IMG/VR virus record: IMGVR_UViG_2974702911_000001
Coordinates: 12,076-76,075 of that record
Strand: one strand, 5' to 3'
Origin: a virus
Taxonomy: Duplodnaviria; Caudoviricetes
Length of the DNA: 64,000 nt
Shown: piece by piece, positions 19,691-28,583 of the stretch
Layout: each line of letters opens with the position of its first letter
Numbering within the stretch: the stretch's first letter is position 1
Program-made: the position numbers and the translations under genes
The notes under the pieces: generated by a model
What the model was told of the DNA's origin: nothing
The model's database searches: none
What the model saw: only the letters and a program-made list of their open reading frames with translations

Positions 19691-19727
19691 TTGGGCCGGT
19701 TCCGGCACCGAGTGGAGGGGCAGAAAA

Positions 19728-21020
19728 GTGACAGACGACACAGAGAAAACCAAGAGACGCAACAGGGGCGACGGTGGCCTGTTCTGGTCCGAATCGCAGC
19801 AGTTGTGGGTGGCTCAAGTGTGGGTCAACGGACCGGACGGGAAGCCCAAGCAGATACGGCGCACGTCCAAGGTCAAGAGCGAGGCGCAAAAGAAACTCAA
19901 CAAGCTCCGCGCGGACCTACTCAACGGCAAGATTCAGACGGGTCCCAACAAGGCGCAGACCGTCGCGGAGCATCTGGACTACTGGCTGACCGTAAAGAAG
20001 CGCGAGAATCGACCTGGGGGCTACGAGAGCTATGCGGGAACGGCGCGGCTGTACCTCAAGCCGCACCTGGGGGACTACCGGCTAGACAAGCTGACGACCG
20101 CTCACGTCCGGACGATGCTGGCAGCGCTACAGGACGGCGGCTCCACGCGGAACGCCCAGAAGGCGTACCAGGCGCTTAACAACGCGCTTAAGCTCGCGGT
20201 AGACGAGCAGATGATTGAGCGCAATCCCTGCGATCCAATCAAGATGCCCAAGCACGTCAAGAAACAGCGCGGCGCGTTTGAGACGAGCGCGGCGGTCCAC
20301 GTCCTTAAGACGGCGGCGGCGCGGGACGACGAGAACCACCCACGGCGACCTAAGCTCGCTAGTCGGTTCGTGGCCGCGTTCATGACCGGCGCGCGCCAGG
20401 CCGAGTGCTTAGGGCTGGAATGGGATCGCGTTGACTTCGACAGGGGCTACTTGGATATCTCCTGGCAGCTACAGCGGCTTAAGTACGCGCACGGCTGCGG
20501 GACGAAATCGGACGGCTCGCCTAAGTGCGGTAAGCAGCGGGTTGGCTTCTGCCCGGACAAGAAAGAGGACTTCCCGCCCGGCTTTGAGCACCGGCACTGC
20601 CACCGGTCCCTGTTCTGGACGCGGCCTAAAACGTTAGCGGGGGAGCGGTTTATCCCAATGGCTCCGCTACTGCTTGAGAGCCTTAAGGTCCATAAGCGGA
20701 TGGATAAGGACCCCAATCCGCACGGTCTGGTGTGGCATCACCGGGACGGTAGGCCGATCAGCCAAGAGGACGACAACCAGGAATGGAACATGCTTTTAGC
20801 GGCTGCCGGGATTGAGAAGGAATCGCGCGAGGTCGTGTTGCATGAAGCGCGGAATACGGCGGCGACGATGCTTCTAGAGAGCGGGGTTGACGCGAAGGTC
20901 ATTCAGAGCATCTTGGGCCATGCGTCCATCTTGCAGACGCGGGAGTATCAGCGGGTGAGTCTGGAATTGAGTAAGAGCGCCGTCGCTAACGCGTTCGACG
21001 CTCTACTCCCGAAGGCTTAG
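19728..21020 (+). CDS. int: Tyrosine integrase
   Basis: TGARQAECLGL (R), HEARNTAAT (HxxR), LGHASILQTREY (H, Y) catalytic motifs. Confidence 0.96.
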   Translation: MTDDTEKTKRRNRGDGGLFWSESQQLWVAQVWVNGPDGKPKQIRRTSKVKSEAQKKLNKLRADLLNGKIQTGPNKAQTVAEHLDYWLTVKKRENRPGGYESYAGTARLYLKPHLGDYRLDKLTTAHVRTMLAALQDGGSTRNAQKAYQALNNALKLAVDEQMIERNPCDPIKMPKHVKKQRGAFETSAAVHVLKTAAARDDENHPRRPKLASRFVAAFMTGARQAECLGLEWDRVDFDRGYLDISWQLQRLKYAHGCGTKSDGSPKCGKQRVGFCPDKKEDFPPGFEHRHCHRSLFWTRPKTLAGERFIPMAPLLLESLKVHKRMDKDPNPHGLVWHHRDGRPISQEDDNQEWNMLLAAAGIEKESREVVLHEARNTAATMLLESGVDAKVIQSILGHASILQTREYQRVSLELSKSAVANAFDALLPKA

Positions 21021-21841
21021 AAGGATTCCAGTTGGTGCTTAGGCTGCTTACGCGCCTTAAGTACGTCGGCGTGAGTAGCCTTGCCCCTGCGGACCTTTTT
21101 CCACAGTCCGGTTTTCATGTGGCGCTGTTTAAGCTGCCATGAGATTGCAGAGGTAATCCCGAAGCCGCACGCGGCGAGCGCGGTCAGTCCCCACGCGTGG
21201 CGGTCGTAGTCGCTGTTGTAGGCAACGCCCAAGATGCGCTGGGCACCGGCCAGTAGGGCTAGCGCGCAGCAAGTGAGGTAGGCGCGCATGATGCCGCGCG
21301 AGCGGGGGTCGGTCGTGTAAATGATGACCAGGAGCCGCCCAATCTGGAAAATCCACCAGGCGAATGCTGCCGTTAGGAGTGCGTCAACTTCCCTGTCGTC
21401 GCACAGGGGCGAGTAGAACACACCGATCAGGGTCGGGCTGATAATTGTTACGGGAAGCGTGATGTTGCGCGTGACCCATCGCATCCGCTCGTCGTCGTCG
21501 TAGTCGAGCCGGGACGCGAGCGCGTACAGGAACGCGGCCATGCCCATAAGGATGAAGCCGTCACCGATGATCTGGGGGATAGGTAGAAGCTCGTCCACCA
21601 AGCCCAATTCCGGCCACACCTTCTCGCGTACGAAAGGCGATCCCATCGTTAGGCCGAAGGTGCAGCAGGCACCGCAGAACGTCGTCGCGGATTCCCACCG
21701 GCACCGCCAGGTAGCTCGTCTAGTCCATTGAATGTACGCCGAAGCCAGAAACACGCCGATGAGGATGAGGTTGTAGTACCGGAGGTCCAGGGGGACGTAC
21801 GTGGACATACGCAATGGGACTTTCTCGAACACGCCCGCCAT
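21017..21841 (-). CDS. Multi-pass membrane protein downstream of repressor
   Basis: About 6-7 hydrophobic segments; start uncertain (21841 or 21808). Confidence 0.7.
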   Translation of the reverse strand: MAGVFEKVPLRMSTYVPLDLRYYNLILIGVFLASAYIQWTRRATWRCRWESATTFCGACCTFGLTMGSPFVREKVWPELGLVDELLPIPQIIGDGFILMGMAAFLYALASRLDYDDDERMRWVTRNITLPVTIISPTLIGVFYSPLCDDREVDALLTAAFAWWIFQIGRLLVIIYTTDPRSRGIMRAYLTCCALALLAGAQRILGVAYNSDYDRHAWGLTALAACGFGITSAISWQLKQRHMKTGLWKKVRRGKATHADVLKARKQPKHQLESF

Positions 21842-21972
21842 GCCTAGACGGGCGCAATGTGGGAGGGGGACTGCACTGCTGTCGCTGTTCCGTGGCAAAC
21901 CGTTACAGCGGGTGTACGCCTGGGACACTAGTCCCAAATCTGGGAAAAGCGCAAGCGCGCCAACCTAACCCA

Positions 21973-22359
21973 TCACATTGGCGGGCTGTCGAGTCGTGCT
22001 CGGACCCGTCGCCGCCTACTGCGGACCGCTCGGCGGGTCACTGTCGGAGGGTGGGGGAGGCCGTAGTCCTCGCCCTCGTCCTCCTCAACGTCAACGACGC
22101 CCGCGTTAGCGAGGTAGTCAACAAGTTCCTTCTGGTCTAGGTGGCCGAAGCGAACCAGTAGGTCCACCTTGTTAAGGCCGAACGCGTCGGCAATAAGCAT
22201 GAGGTTAGGCACGCTGTTGAGCACCCCCTTGTCCCGCTGCTCGTAATAAGTCGAGCGGGACATGCCCAGCGCGCTTAGCGCCTCCTGCATACGCACCTGC
22301 CGTTTGAGCAGGTAGGACACGACGACGATGAGGTCGTTGTCCTGATCATTGGCCGACAT
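21973..22359 (-). CDS. Immunity repressor
   Basis: HTH (ALSALGMSRSTYY); divergent from Cro; probably leaderless from its promoter. Confidence 0.8.
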   Translation of the reverse strand: MSANDQDNDLIVVVSYLLKRQVRMQEALSALGMSRSTYYEQRDKGVLNSVPNLMLIADAFGLNKVDLLVRFGHLDQKELVDYLANAGVVDVEEDEGEDYGLPHPPTVTRRAVRSRRRRVRARLDSPPM

Positions 22360-22366
22360 GCCGCTC

Positions 22367-22395
22367 AGTGTGTCGGATTTTCCGGACACTTGCAA
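22367..22395 (-). promoter_or_regulatory. Repressor promoter (leaderless)
   Basis: TTGCAA-17-CACACT then 7 nt to the ATG at 22359. Confidence 0.6.
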
Positions 22396-22454
22396 GCGCT
22401 CTGACCAGCGGAAGCAAACTGACACGGATGTAATTTTGTCCGGATTTCCGGACA
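22371..22454. promoter_or_regulatory. Two 18-bp palindromic operators (22371-22388, 22437-22454)
   Basis: tgtcggattttccggaca and tgtccggatttccggaca between divergent HTH genes. Confidence 0.8.
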
Positions 22455-22496
22455 CGTTTGACCCTGAGTCGGACTGGGTATGTTACGTTTCTTTCC

Positions 22497-22796
22497 GTGC
22501 CGATCACCCCTCCCAACACCGCAAACCACAACATCGAATGGATTCCCCAGGCAGTCGAAAACCTGCTCCACAACCACGACATAATGACGCGCAACGAGCT
22601 TGCCAAAGTGCTCGGAGTCGCCAGGTCCACGGTCTACAGCGCATTTGCGGAGGACTGGACTGGTGAGCCGTCAATCAAGATGCTCGCCCAGATGACCGGA
22701 TACTTCCGCGTACCTATCGGCTCGCTCGTCACGGAGCCTGGGCGTAAGGCCGCTAAGCGTGTGTCACGGCGTGTAAATGTCCGGATAAGCGCATGA
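22497..22796 (+). CDS. Cro-like HTH protein
   Basis: TRNELAKVLGVARSTVY HTH; GTG preceded by extended -10 TGT-TACGTT and 7 nt (leaderless). Confidence 0.8.
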   Translation: MPITPPNTANHNIEWIPQAVENLLHNHDIMTRNELAKVLGVARSTVYSAFAEDWTGEPSIKMLAQMTGYFRVPIGSLVTEPGRKAAKRVSRRVNVRISA

Positions 22797-23008
22797 GCAC
22801 GGCAACGCTGAGCGGTCCGGAAAACCTGACACCCCTGATGGTGACCCGCCAGGACGCGGCCCGGCTCCTGGGCCTGAGCCTGCGCGAGGTCGATAACCTC
22901 CGCGCTTCCGGTCGCCTGATGGCTAAGAAGCACGGCTCCAAAGTTCTGTTCCCCCGCGCTGAGCTTGAGCGCTTCGTTAACGACCTGCCTTGGGAGATTG
23001 ACCAGTGA
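22793..23008 (+). CDS. Excisionase-like HTH DNA-binding protein
   Basis: VTRQDAARLLGLSLREV...KVLFPRAELERF motif. Confidence 0.75.
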   Translation: MSTATLSGPENLTPLMVTRQDAARLLGLSLREVDNLRASGRLMAKKHGSKVLFPRAELERFVNDLPWEIDQ

Positions 23009-23400
23009 CCGAACAGCCCGAACTTGAATACCCGTTTCACCTAACGCTGACCGAACCCGATAACGACTCCGCTAAGGCGCTTAAGGACGCGCTAGAGCTT
23101 CTACGAAAGGATGGATGGGGACGTGGAAAGTTTCACGATGAGTCCACAGGCAAGCGCGACTCTCTTGGGGCGCTCGGAGCGCCATTCGGGAACGTCCGAC
23201 CAGAGGCAGTCGATTACCTCGCCTACGCCGTGCGGATGCGTGACGGCGCTCCCCCTATCCCGGCAAGCATGGACCCGCAGCGGGTCGTCATCGCGTGGAA
23301 CGACGGCTTCCGGCGCAAGTTCTCAGAAGTCGAGTCAGTGTTCAAGGCAGCTATTCGCTACGCAGAGGGTAAGGGCGTCTCAGTGCGACAGGGCCGTTAG
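23005..23400 (+). CDS. Hypothetical protein
   Basis: GWGRG...VIAWND conserved actinophage pattern; GTGA overlap. Confidence 0.7.
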   Translation: MTEQPELEYPFHLTLTEPDNDSAKALKDALELLRKDGWGRGKFHDESTGKRDSLGALGAPFGNVRPEAVDYLAYAVRMRDGAPPIPASMDPQRVVIAWNDGFRRKFSEVESVFKAAIRYAEGKGVSVRQGR

Positions 23401-23571
23401 GGACACGATTCTCTGCGCGTTCTCGCTTGCGGCTCTGATCCTCATTGGAGCCATCGTTCTCAATGCTTGGTTTGGAGGTTGGTTCTAATGGAGTCATGCG
23501 CTGTAATCAGCAGTCCTATTATTTCCGATAGGCGACTCTTCCCGTTATCCTATAAAGGTGAGGGTGAGGGG

Positions 23572-23895
23572 ATGAGAAAGTTCAAGGACGTGATCGCGGA
23601 AGCGCGAATGGTCGCAATGCTTAACCCTCTTGGTCGCAATGAGAATGCGGCTTACACGGAGAGGGACGGAGAGCCATGCTGCATCTTCGGTCACGTTCTT
23701 GAACGCCTGGGAATCGGAATCGCGTCCTGGGAAGTGCTTAACAACTTCACGCTCGCTGAACTGCCTTGGGCCGACTTTGGCTTTGAGGAACCTAATGGCT
23801 ACCAGATTCTTTGGACTACTAAGGTCCAAGCCGCTGCGGACAGCGGGGACGCATGGATCATCGCAATTGCGATGGCCGACGCAACCCTGATCTAA
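23572..23895 (+). CDS. Hypothetical protein
   Basis: ATG after RBS gagggtgagggg. Confidence 0.65.
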   Translation: MRKFKDVIAEARMVAMLNPLGRNENAAYTERDGEPCCIFGHVLERLGIGIASWEVLNNFTLAELPWADFGFEEPNGYQILWTTKVQAAADSGDAWIIAIAMADATLI

Positions 23896-24134
23896 GCAGC
23901 ACTTAGTAACAACCATACGTAGTTGACCTCTACGAACTAACCCCGTTGCCGGGGAGCCTGTGAACATGTACCGGGCTGCTGAGTGGTTCGCCAGCAAGTA
24001 AGTCAACGTGAGTACGTAATCGCACAAGCCGGGTGTATCGACGGCCAAGACAAATCTTGGACACCCGCTATGCCGCGAGAAGCCTAACTAAGGGTGGATT
24101 GGTATATGCGGAGGCAGAGACGGATTGTGCGGGA

Positions 24135-24230
24135 GCGATGGGTAGCGGCTAGTGCCAGATCGGCGGCTACACGTCAGGGCGTAATGAGTAAGGACCCTGA
24201 GTCCGGGTGCAATCCCCGGTCATCGCACCA
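24135..24230 (+). ncRNA. Non-canonical tRNA-like element with encoded CCA
   Basis: 7-bp acceptor gcgatgg/tcatcgc + A-CCA; T-like arm ccggg-tgcaatc-cccgg; interior arms non-standard. Confidence 0.55.
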
Positions 24231-24374
24231 GGCCGGGGCGGTTGAGACGCACGGAACGACGGGCATCGTTCTTATGGGGCGCGGACGCGTAAGGGTGTGA
24301 CGCTACGCAGCACCGCTGCTGCTCCCCCCCGGCCATTCTCTTAAGTCACCACAACCACAACGAAAGGGCACGCA

Positions 24375-24737
24375 ATGACGGGTGTTATCTATCTCGGTGA
24401 GCCGACCGGCCCACGACTGCGGAGCCTTAGCCTCGCTAAGACGCGTGAGCTTGACGCGTGGTTGACGCACGCAATTTCCTTCGGCGCGTCTAAGCACGAT
24501 AAGGACTTGCCGGTGGATTACACGCGGGCGCTTAGCACCCTGGCGCAGCGCCGGGGCATCCGGTTCCACTTCAACGGGGACCGTATGCGCGTACCGGGTG
24601 AGGTCCCGCTGGGATCGAACATTCCGGGCTGCGTGGGTGGCTCTAAACGAAAGATCACCGTTACCGACGAACGCACGAACGCATCGAAACATGGACAGGC
24701 CGTCGAACCGTGGAATATGCGGGATTGGCGGGAATAG
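24375..24737 (+). CDS. Hypothetical protein
   Basis: RBS gaaaggg, 120 aa. Confidence 0.65.
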   Translation: MTGVIYLGEPTGPRLRSLSLAKTRELDAWLTHAISFGASKHDKDLPVDYTRALSTLAQRRGIRFHFNGDRMRVPGEVPLGSNIPGCVGGSKRKITVTDERTNASKHGQAVEPWNMRDWRE

Positions 24738-24767
24738 TTGACACCTTCCGTACATGCCGTGTACGGT
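24738..24767 (+). promoter_or_regulatory. SigA-like early promoter
   Basis: TTGACA-18-TACGGT with inverted repeat ccgtac/gtacgg. Confidence 0.7.
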
Positions 24768-24787
24768 ATCAATCAGTGGAGGTCCGA

Positions 24788-24949
24788 ATGGCCCAACTCT
24801 CCTGCGAACTGAATTGCGGGGCTAGCTACACCGAGGAATACCAGCTTCACCTTCACCACTACGCATCCGAAAAGGGCATCCTTCCCACCTGTGGTAAGGG
24901 CCGCGAGCGAAAGGCGCGCAATGCCGAGCGAGGAAATCAGGTCGCCTGA
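24788..24949 (+). CDS. Small Cys/His-containing protein
   Basis: RBS tggagg; CELNC...HLHH. Confidence 0.55.
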   Translation: MAQLSCELNCGASYTEEYQLHLHHYASEKGILPTCGKGRERKARNAERGNQVA

Positions 24950-25730
24950 CAAGCTGATGCTTGCGGGGGACTGGCACGGTAACTTGCCGTGGGCGTTCAA
25001 GGCGCTGCACTACGCGAAGTCGGAAGGTGCGGACACGATTCTGCACCTGGGCGATTTCGGGTTCTGGCAGACCTCTAACCCCCGGACCGTGCAGTTCCTT
25101 AGCGAGGTCGATAAGGAGCTTAAGGCTCTTAACATCGACCTGCTTTGGGTTGACGGCAACCATGAGGATCACGCGTTCTGGAACACCTTCAACCGTCCGG
25201 GCGCGGAGCCGGTCACGCTCTCGTCTTGCTCCAACATCACGCACCTTCCGCGCGGTTACCGCTGGGAGTGGTGGGGCGATACGTGGATGGCGCTGGGAGG
25301 CGCGCATTCCATCAACTCGTATTACTGCACGCCGGGTGAGGACTGGTGGCCGGGCGAGTGGATTGACGACGAACAGCTTGAGTACGCGATGCGTCCCGGC
25401 AAGGTGGACATAATCGTCGCTCACGACGCGCCGACTAACGCGGACATTCCGGGGATCGTTCCCGGTAAGGCCGTTTACCTCCATATCGGGGGGATGAAGC
25501 GGCGCATGACGACCGGCGACATGTTCAAAGCTCAGGAACACCGGGAGCGTATTCAAGCCGTGTGCGATGCGGTTAAGCCGGTGGAGTTCTACCACGGCCA
25601 TTACCACAAGGCGTACAACACCCTGGCTCGCGTTAAGGGCGGCTCCTACGTCAACGTGCGCGGGCTGGACAAAGACGAAACGACTATGGCAGCGAACACC
25701 CATTTCATCACGGAAGGTTTGAACGACTAA
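24921..25730 (+). CDS. Metallophosphoesterase (calcineurin-like)
   Basis: GDWHG, HLGDFG, DGNHED, HGHYH motifs. Confidence 0.9.
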   Translation: MPSEEIRSPDKLMLAGDWHGNLPWAFKALHYAKSEGADTILHLGDFGFWQTSNPRTVQFLSEVDKELKALNIDLLWVDGNHEDHAFWNTFNRPGAEPVTLSSCSNITHLPRGYRWEWWGDTWMALGGAHSINSYYCTPGEDWWPGEWIDDEQLEYAMRPGKVDIIVAHDAPTNADIPGIVPGKAVYLHIGGMKRRMTTGDMFKAQEHRERIQAVCDAVKPVEFYHGHYHKAYNTLARVKGGSYVNVRGLDKDETTMAANTHFITEGLND

Positions 25731-25948
25731 TGCTGGACACCGCAGAGCGTAAGGTCACCCGTCGTCCGGACGGTGACCTGACGATTGAGGGCACAAGCGT
25801 TTGGATGCCCGCTGACCCTAAGGCGCTTGCCCAGGAGCGCGCGGAGGTCATGCAGCGGCTCGCTGATCTGACGCGGGCTGAGTTGTTTCTTGCCACGACA
25901 CCTAAGCCCACCTACATGTTCAAGGGGGATTACTACCGTGAGGGCTAG
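25730..25948 (+). CDS. Hypothetical protein
   Basis: TAATG overlap with upstream gene. Confidence 0.6.
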   Translation: MLDTAERKVTRRPDGDLTIEGTSVWMPADPKALAQERAEVMQRLADLTRAELFLATTPKPTYMFKGDYYREG

Positions 25949-26252
25949 TGAGCGCCTAGAGCAGCGCAACGACATTCTGGAAGTCATCGCCCAGATAGAT
26001 GACGACCTTAAGGGGCTTAGCGACGATAAGTCTTTCCGGTCTGCCCAACAGGCGCGGGAAATGTTGGAAACGCGGCACGAACTGTCGCGCGAGTTGCAAT
26101 CGCTCGGGTTCCAAGCACCTGAGCTTGACGAAAGGTTGCGGAACCGTGAGGGCAATCCTGGCTCTCGTCGTCCTCGCTTTGGTGGTGGCGGCGATCCTTC
26201 TCGTACTGGCGTCGTTGCGAAGCGCCGTATTGGCCCGGCGAGCGCGAGCTAA
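25938..26252 (+). CDS. Hypothetical coiled-coil protein
   Basis: GTG start; overlaps the next gene by ~107 bp. Confidence 0.5.
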   Translation: MRASERLEQRNDILEVIAQIDDDLKGLSDDKSFRSAQQAREMLETRHELSRELQSLGFQAPELDERLRNREGNPGSRRPRFGGGGDPSRTGVVAKRRIGPASAS

Positions 26253-26403
26253 GGCGCTCACCGACAAGTACCCGCTTCTGGGCGTGCTTAAGGGCGCGGA
26301 CCGTAGGCGCTACTTGGCTGAGCTAGTCGAGCGGGAGCAAGAAGAGTACGACGAGGATAAGCACGAACGCTTTGTGGATATCCTCAAGCGCACTAACCCA
26401 TAA
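26146..26403 (+). CDS. Membrane protein
   Basis: GTG after gaaagg; N-terminal TM helix. Confidence 0.65.
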   Translation: MRAILALVVLALVVAAILLVLASLRSAVLARRARAKALTDKYPLLGVLKGADRRRYLAELVEREQEEYDEDKHERFVDILKRTNP

Positions 26404-26420
26404 CTGAATATCGCATCCGA

Positions 26421-26457
26421 AAAGGGACCCCTGAGGCTACGGCTTCGGGGGTCCTTT
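26421..26457 (+). terminator. Hairpin terminator
   Basis: aaagggacccc...ggggtccttt inverted repeat. Confidence 0.6.
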
Positions 26458-26474
26458 CCTATGAAAGGGAAAAG

Positions 26475-27407
26475 TTGAACCGTAAGCGCATTGCGGCTTT
26501 CGCGGTGGCGGCTCTGGCCGTCCTGCCTATCGTCGCGTGTTCTACGTCGGTGCCAGCGGGCGTTACTGCGGTCAAGGTGGAGGACTACGCGTTCATCCCG
26601 ACTGACCCGACCGTTGAGGGCTGCATTAAGCCTGAGACGAACGAGTACAACCCGATTGGCGGCTTCAAGGCGTACATGTACCCGGCCCGCCAGATCAGCT
26701 ACGACGCGCTGGACGCGCAGGACGCAGAGGCTCCGGCCACGGTCGTCGTGTCTAACGCTTCGGCTCCGGCTGAGCTTAAGGTCCCGGTTACGGTGACGTT
26801 CGATCTGACGCAGGACTGCGAGCAGCTTAAGAACTTCCACCGTGACTTCGGTACCAAGTACCAGGGCTGGCTTAACGATGACGGCTCGGTGTCGCAGGGC
26901 TGGAAAGACCTCCTGAACTACGTGGTGGGCCAGCCGTTGCAGAACACGCTCGTTTCCATCGCGCAGAAATACGAGTGGCGCAAAATCTGGAACGACGAGG
27001 CTGTCCGGGTCGAGTTCCAGAACGCGCTTCGGGAGCGCCTGCCTAAGGCGTCGTCTGAGCGCACTAACGGCGTGGACTACTTCACCAACTTTCAGGTCAC
27101 GGTCATGAAGCCTGATCCGGTGGACGCCAACCTCAAGAGCGCGATTGTCGCGGAGCAGAACAGCATCGCGCAGGCTCGGGCGGCTGAGGCTAAGGGCGTG
27201 GCTGACGCTAACGCTGCTAAGGCCAAGGCTGAGGCTGATATCGCGGCGGCTGAGGCGCAGACGCGTGTGGCTGAGCAGGAGGCTCTTAAGCGGGCTGCGG
27301 AGATTCGCGGTTACCCGTCTGCGGAGGACTACCTCAAGGCCATCGCCATTGAGAAGGGCATCACGCCGTGGCCCTCTCCGGTGATCGCGGGCGCTCCGGC
27401 TCGCTAA
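26475..27407 (+). CDS. SPFH/band-7-like lipoprotein
   Basis: Lipobox-like IVAC, SPFH-like core, Ala/Glu-rich coiled C terminus. Confidence 0.8.
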   Translation: MNRKRIAAFAVAALAVLPIVACSTSVPAGVTAVKVEDYAFIPTDPTVEGCIKPETNEYNPIGGFKAYMYPARQISYDALDAQDAEAPATVVVSNASAPAELKVPVTVTFDLTQDCEQLKNFHRDFGTKYQGWLNDDGSVSQGWKDLLNYVVGQPLQNTLVSIAQKYEWRKIWNDEAVRVEFQNALRERLPKASSERTNGVDYFTNFQVTVMKPDPVDANLKSAIVAEQNSIAQARAAEAKGVADANAAKAKAEADIAAAEAQTRVAEQEALKRAAEIRGYPSAEDYLKAIAIEKGITPWPSPVIAGAPAR

Positions 27408-27725
27408 GTACCACAGCCTGCCGTCTGGCTGATGTTCGCTAAGCGCACTTAGCGGCGATAGACGGCATCGGTGGGGCGCGGCATCGTGCAAATCCGCTAA
27501 TCGCGGGGAACCAAACAACGCCACCGAACCTAAGTCCCTGCCACATAGGTAAGCCGTGAGGTCGGTGGAATATGGGCACGCTTGATAACGGGGCGCGAGA
27601 GCGCGAAAGGTATCCGTCGCTGTCCGTGACGCTAAACGTCGGACTCCCAAAGACCGGGCTAGGCCGGTTAGGGATAGGACGGTCCGGTATTCCATTCCTA
27701 AGCAATGGACCCGGACCGTCCGCTT

Positions 27726-27808
27726 GTGGCGAAGGTAACTGCTGGTTTGTTACACCTGCCTGTAAAGCAGGCGCTTCGGCTTCGGGGGTTCAATTCCCTC
27801 TCGCCACA
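27726..27808 (+). tRNA. tRNA-Tyr(GTA)
   Basis: Acceptor gtggcga/tcgccac; anticodon arm cctgc-ctGTAaa-gcagg; variable arm; T arm ggggg-ttcaatt-ccctc. Confidence 0.8.
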
Positions 27809-27841
27809 CGCTTTACCAGTAACCAAACCCTTAAGGATGAC

Positions 27842-28237
27842 ATGAGTAAGAGCAATCTCTTTGATCAGCCGGGCGTCGAGCAGATGATTCCCGGTAAGGA
27901 ACTGCCGGTGGCCGTTAAGGTGACCGGTCGCAACATGCACGCGGTGTCGCTGCTGGTGTCGGTGGCCGGTGAGCAGACTGGCGTCCGTACCGCTGTGTCG
28001 GCGTTCTTTGAGTCGGACGGCTCGCTTGATCACGTCAAGCTGACCGCGCCCGGCTACGACCAGGACGTTGAGGCCGGGGACTACCTCGTTCTGAGCGACG
28101 ACAAGACGACCATCGTCGTTACGGACCAGGAAACCTACGAGTACAGCAAGGCGCTGTTCCCGATCCTGTCCGCTGTCGATGAGGCCGTTAGCGCCGTCGC
28201 GGATGCGCTCGGTTCGACGCTGGGGCTGGTGAAATGA
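27842..28237 (+). CDS. Hypothetical protein
   Basis: ATG after aagga; the longer track ORF extends over the tRNA and is rejected. Confidence 0.7.
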   Translation: MSKSNLFDQPGVEQMIPGKELPVAVKVTGRNMHAVSLLVSVAGEQTGVRTAVSAFFESDGSLDHVKLTAPGYDQDVEAGDYLVLSDDKTTIVVTDQETYEYSKALFPILSAVDEAVSAVADALGSTLGLVK

Positions 28238-28479
28238 GCCTCTTCAAAAAGGCCGCAGCGCCCGTCGTCGTTAAGGCTCCTAAGACCGTGGCATCCATCA
28301 CGGCGGGGCTGACCGACACGCTCGCGGAGCTTGAGGCCCACGCTGACGAGCAGACCACGCAGGCCGAGGCCCAGCGGCAAATGGCTGAGTACGCGCTGGC
28401 CGCTGCCGATAAGCACAAGGCTGAGTCTGAACTGGCGGTTAAGGTCGCCGGGAATATCAAGGCTCTGCTCGGCGCGTGA
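28234..28479 (+). CDS. Hypothetical protein
   Basis: ATGA overlap. Confidence 0.7.
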   Translation: MSLFKKAAAPVVVKAPKTVASITAGLTDTLAELEAHADEQTTQAEAQRQMAEYALAAADKHKAESELAVKVAGNIKALLGA

Positions 28480-28490
28480 TCGGAACTGTT

Positions 28491-28583
28491 ATGAGGCACC
28501 TGTTCGCGCTCCATTACTTCCGTAAGGAGCGCGGCAGGTTGCCAACACCCAGAGAGCACTACCGAGAGGTAACAGGTAAGTGA
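28491..28583 (+). CDS. Small hypothetical protein (30 aa) overlapping a long hairpin
   Basis: Fills the gap; GTGA overlap with next ORF; weak RBS. Confidence 0.35.
   Translation: MRHLFALHYFRKERGRLPTPREHYREVTGK

Noticed and set aside
19300-19720. Long attP core identical to a tRNA 3' half
   Set aside because: No T-arm (GTTCGA) sequence on either strand; only 9-12 bp fragments resemble tRNA-Lys
23400-23488. Small membrane ORF (RDTILCAFSLAALILIGAIVLNAWFGGWF)
   Set aside because: Looks like a real TM peptide but has no nearby canonical start codon, so it was not called
25938-26403. Programmed frameshift between overlapping ORFs 25938-26252 and 26146-26403
   Set aside because: No slippery heptamer seen; the second ORF has its own RBS and GTG
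27572-27841. N-terminal extension of ORF 27572-28237
   Set aside because: Runs through hairpins and tRNA-Tyr; a better RBS and start exist at 27842
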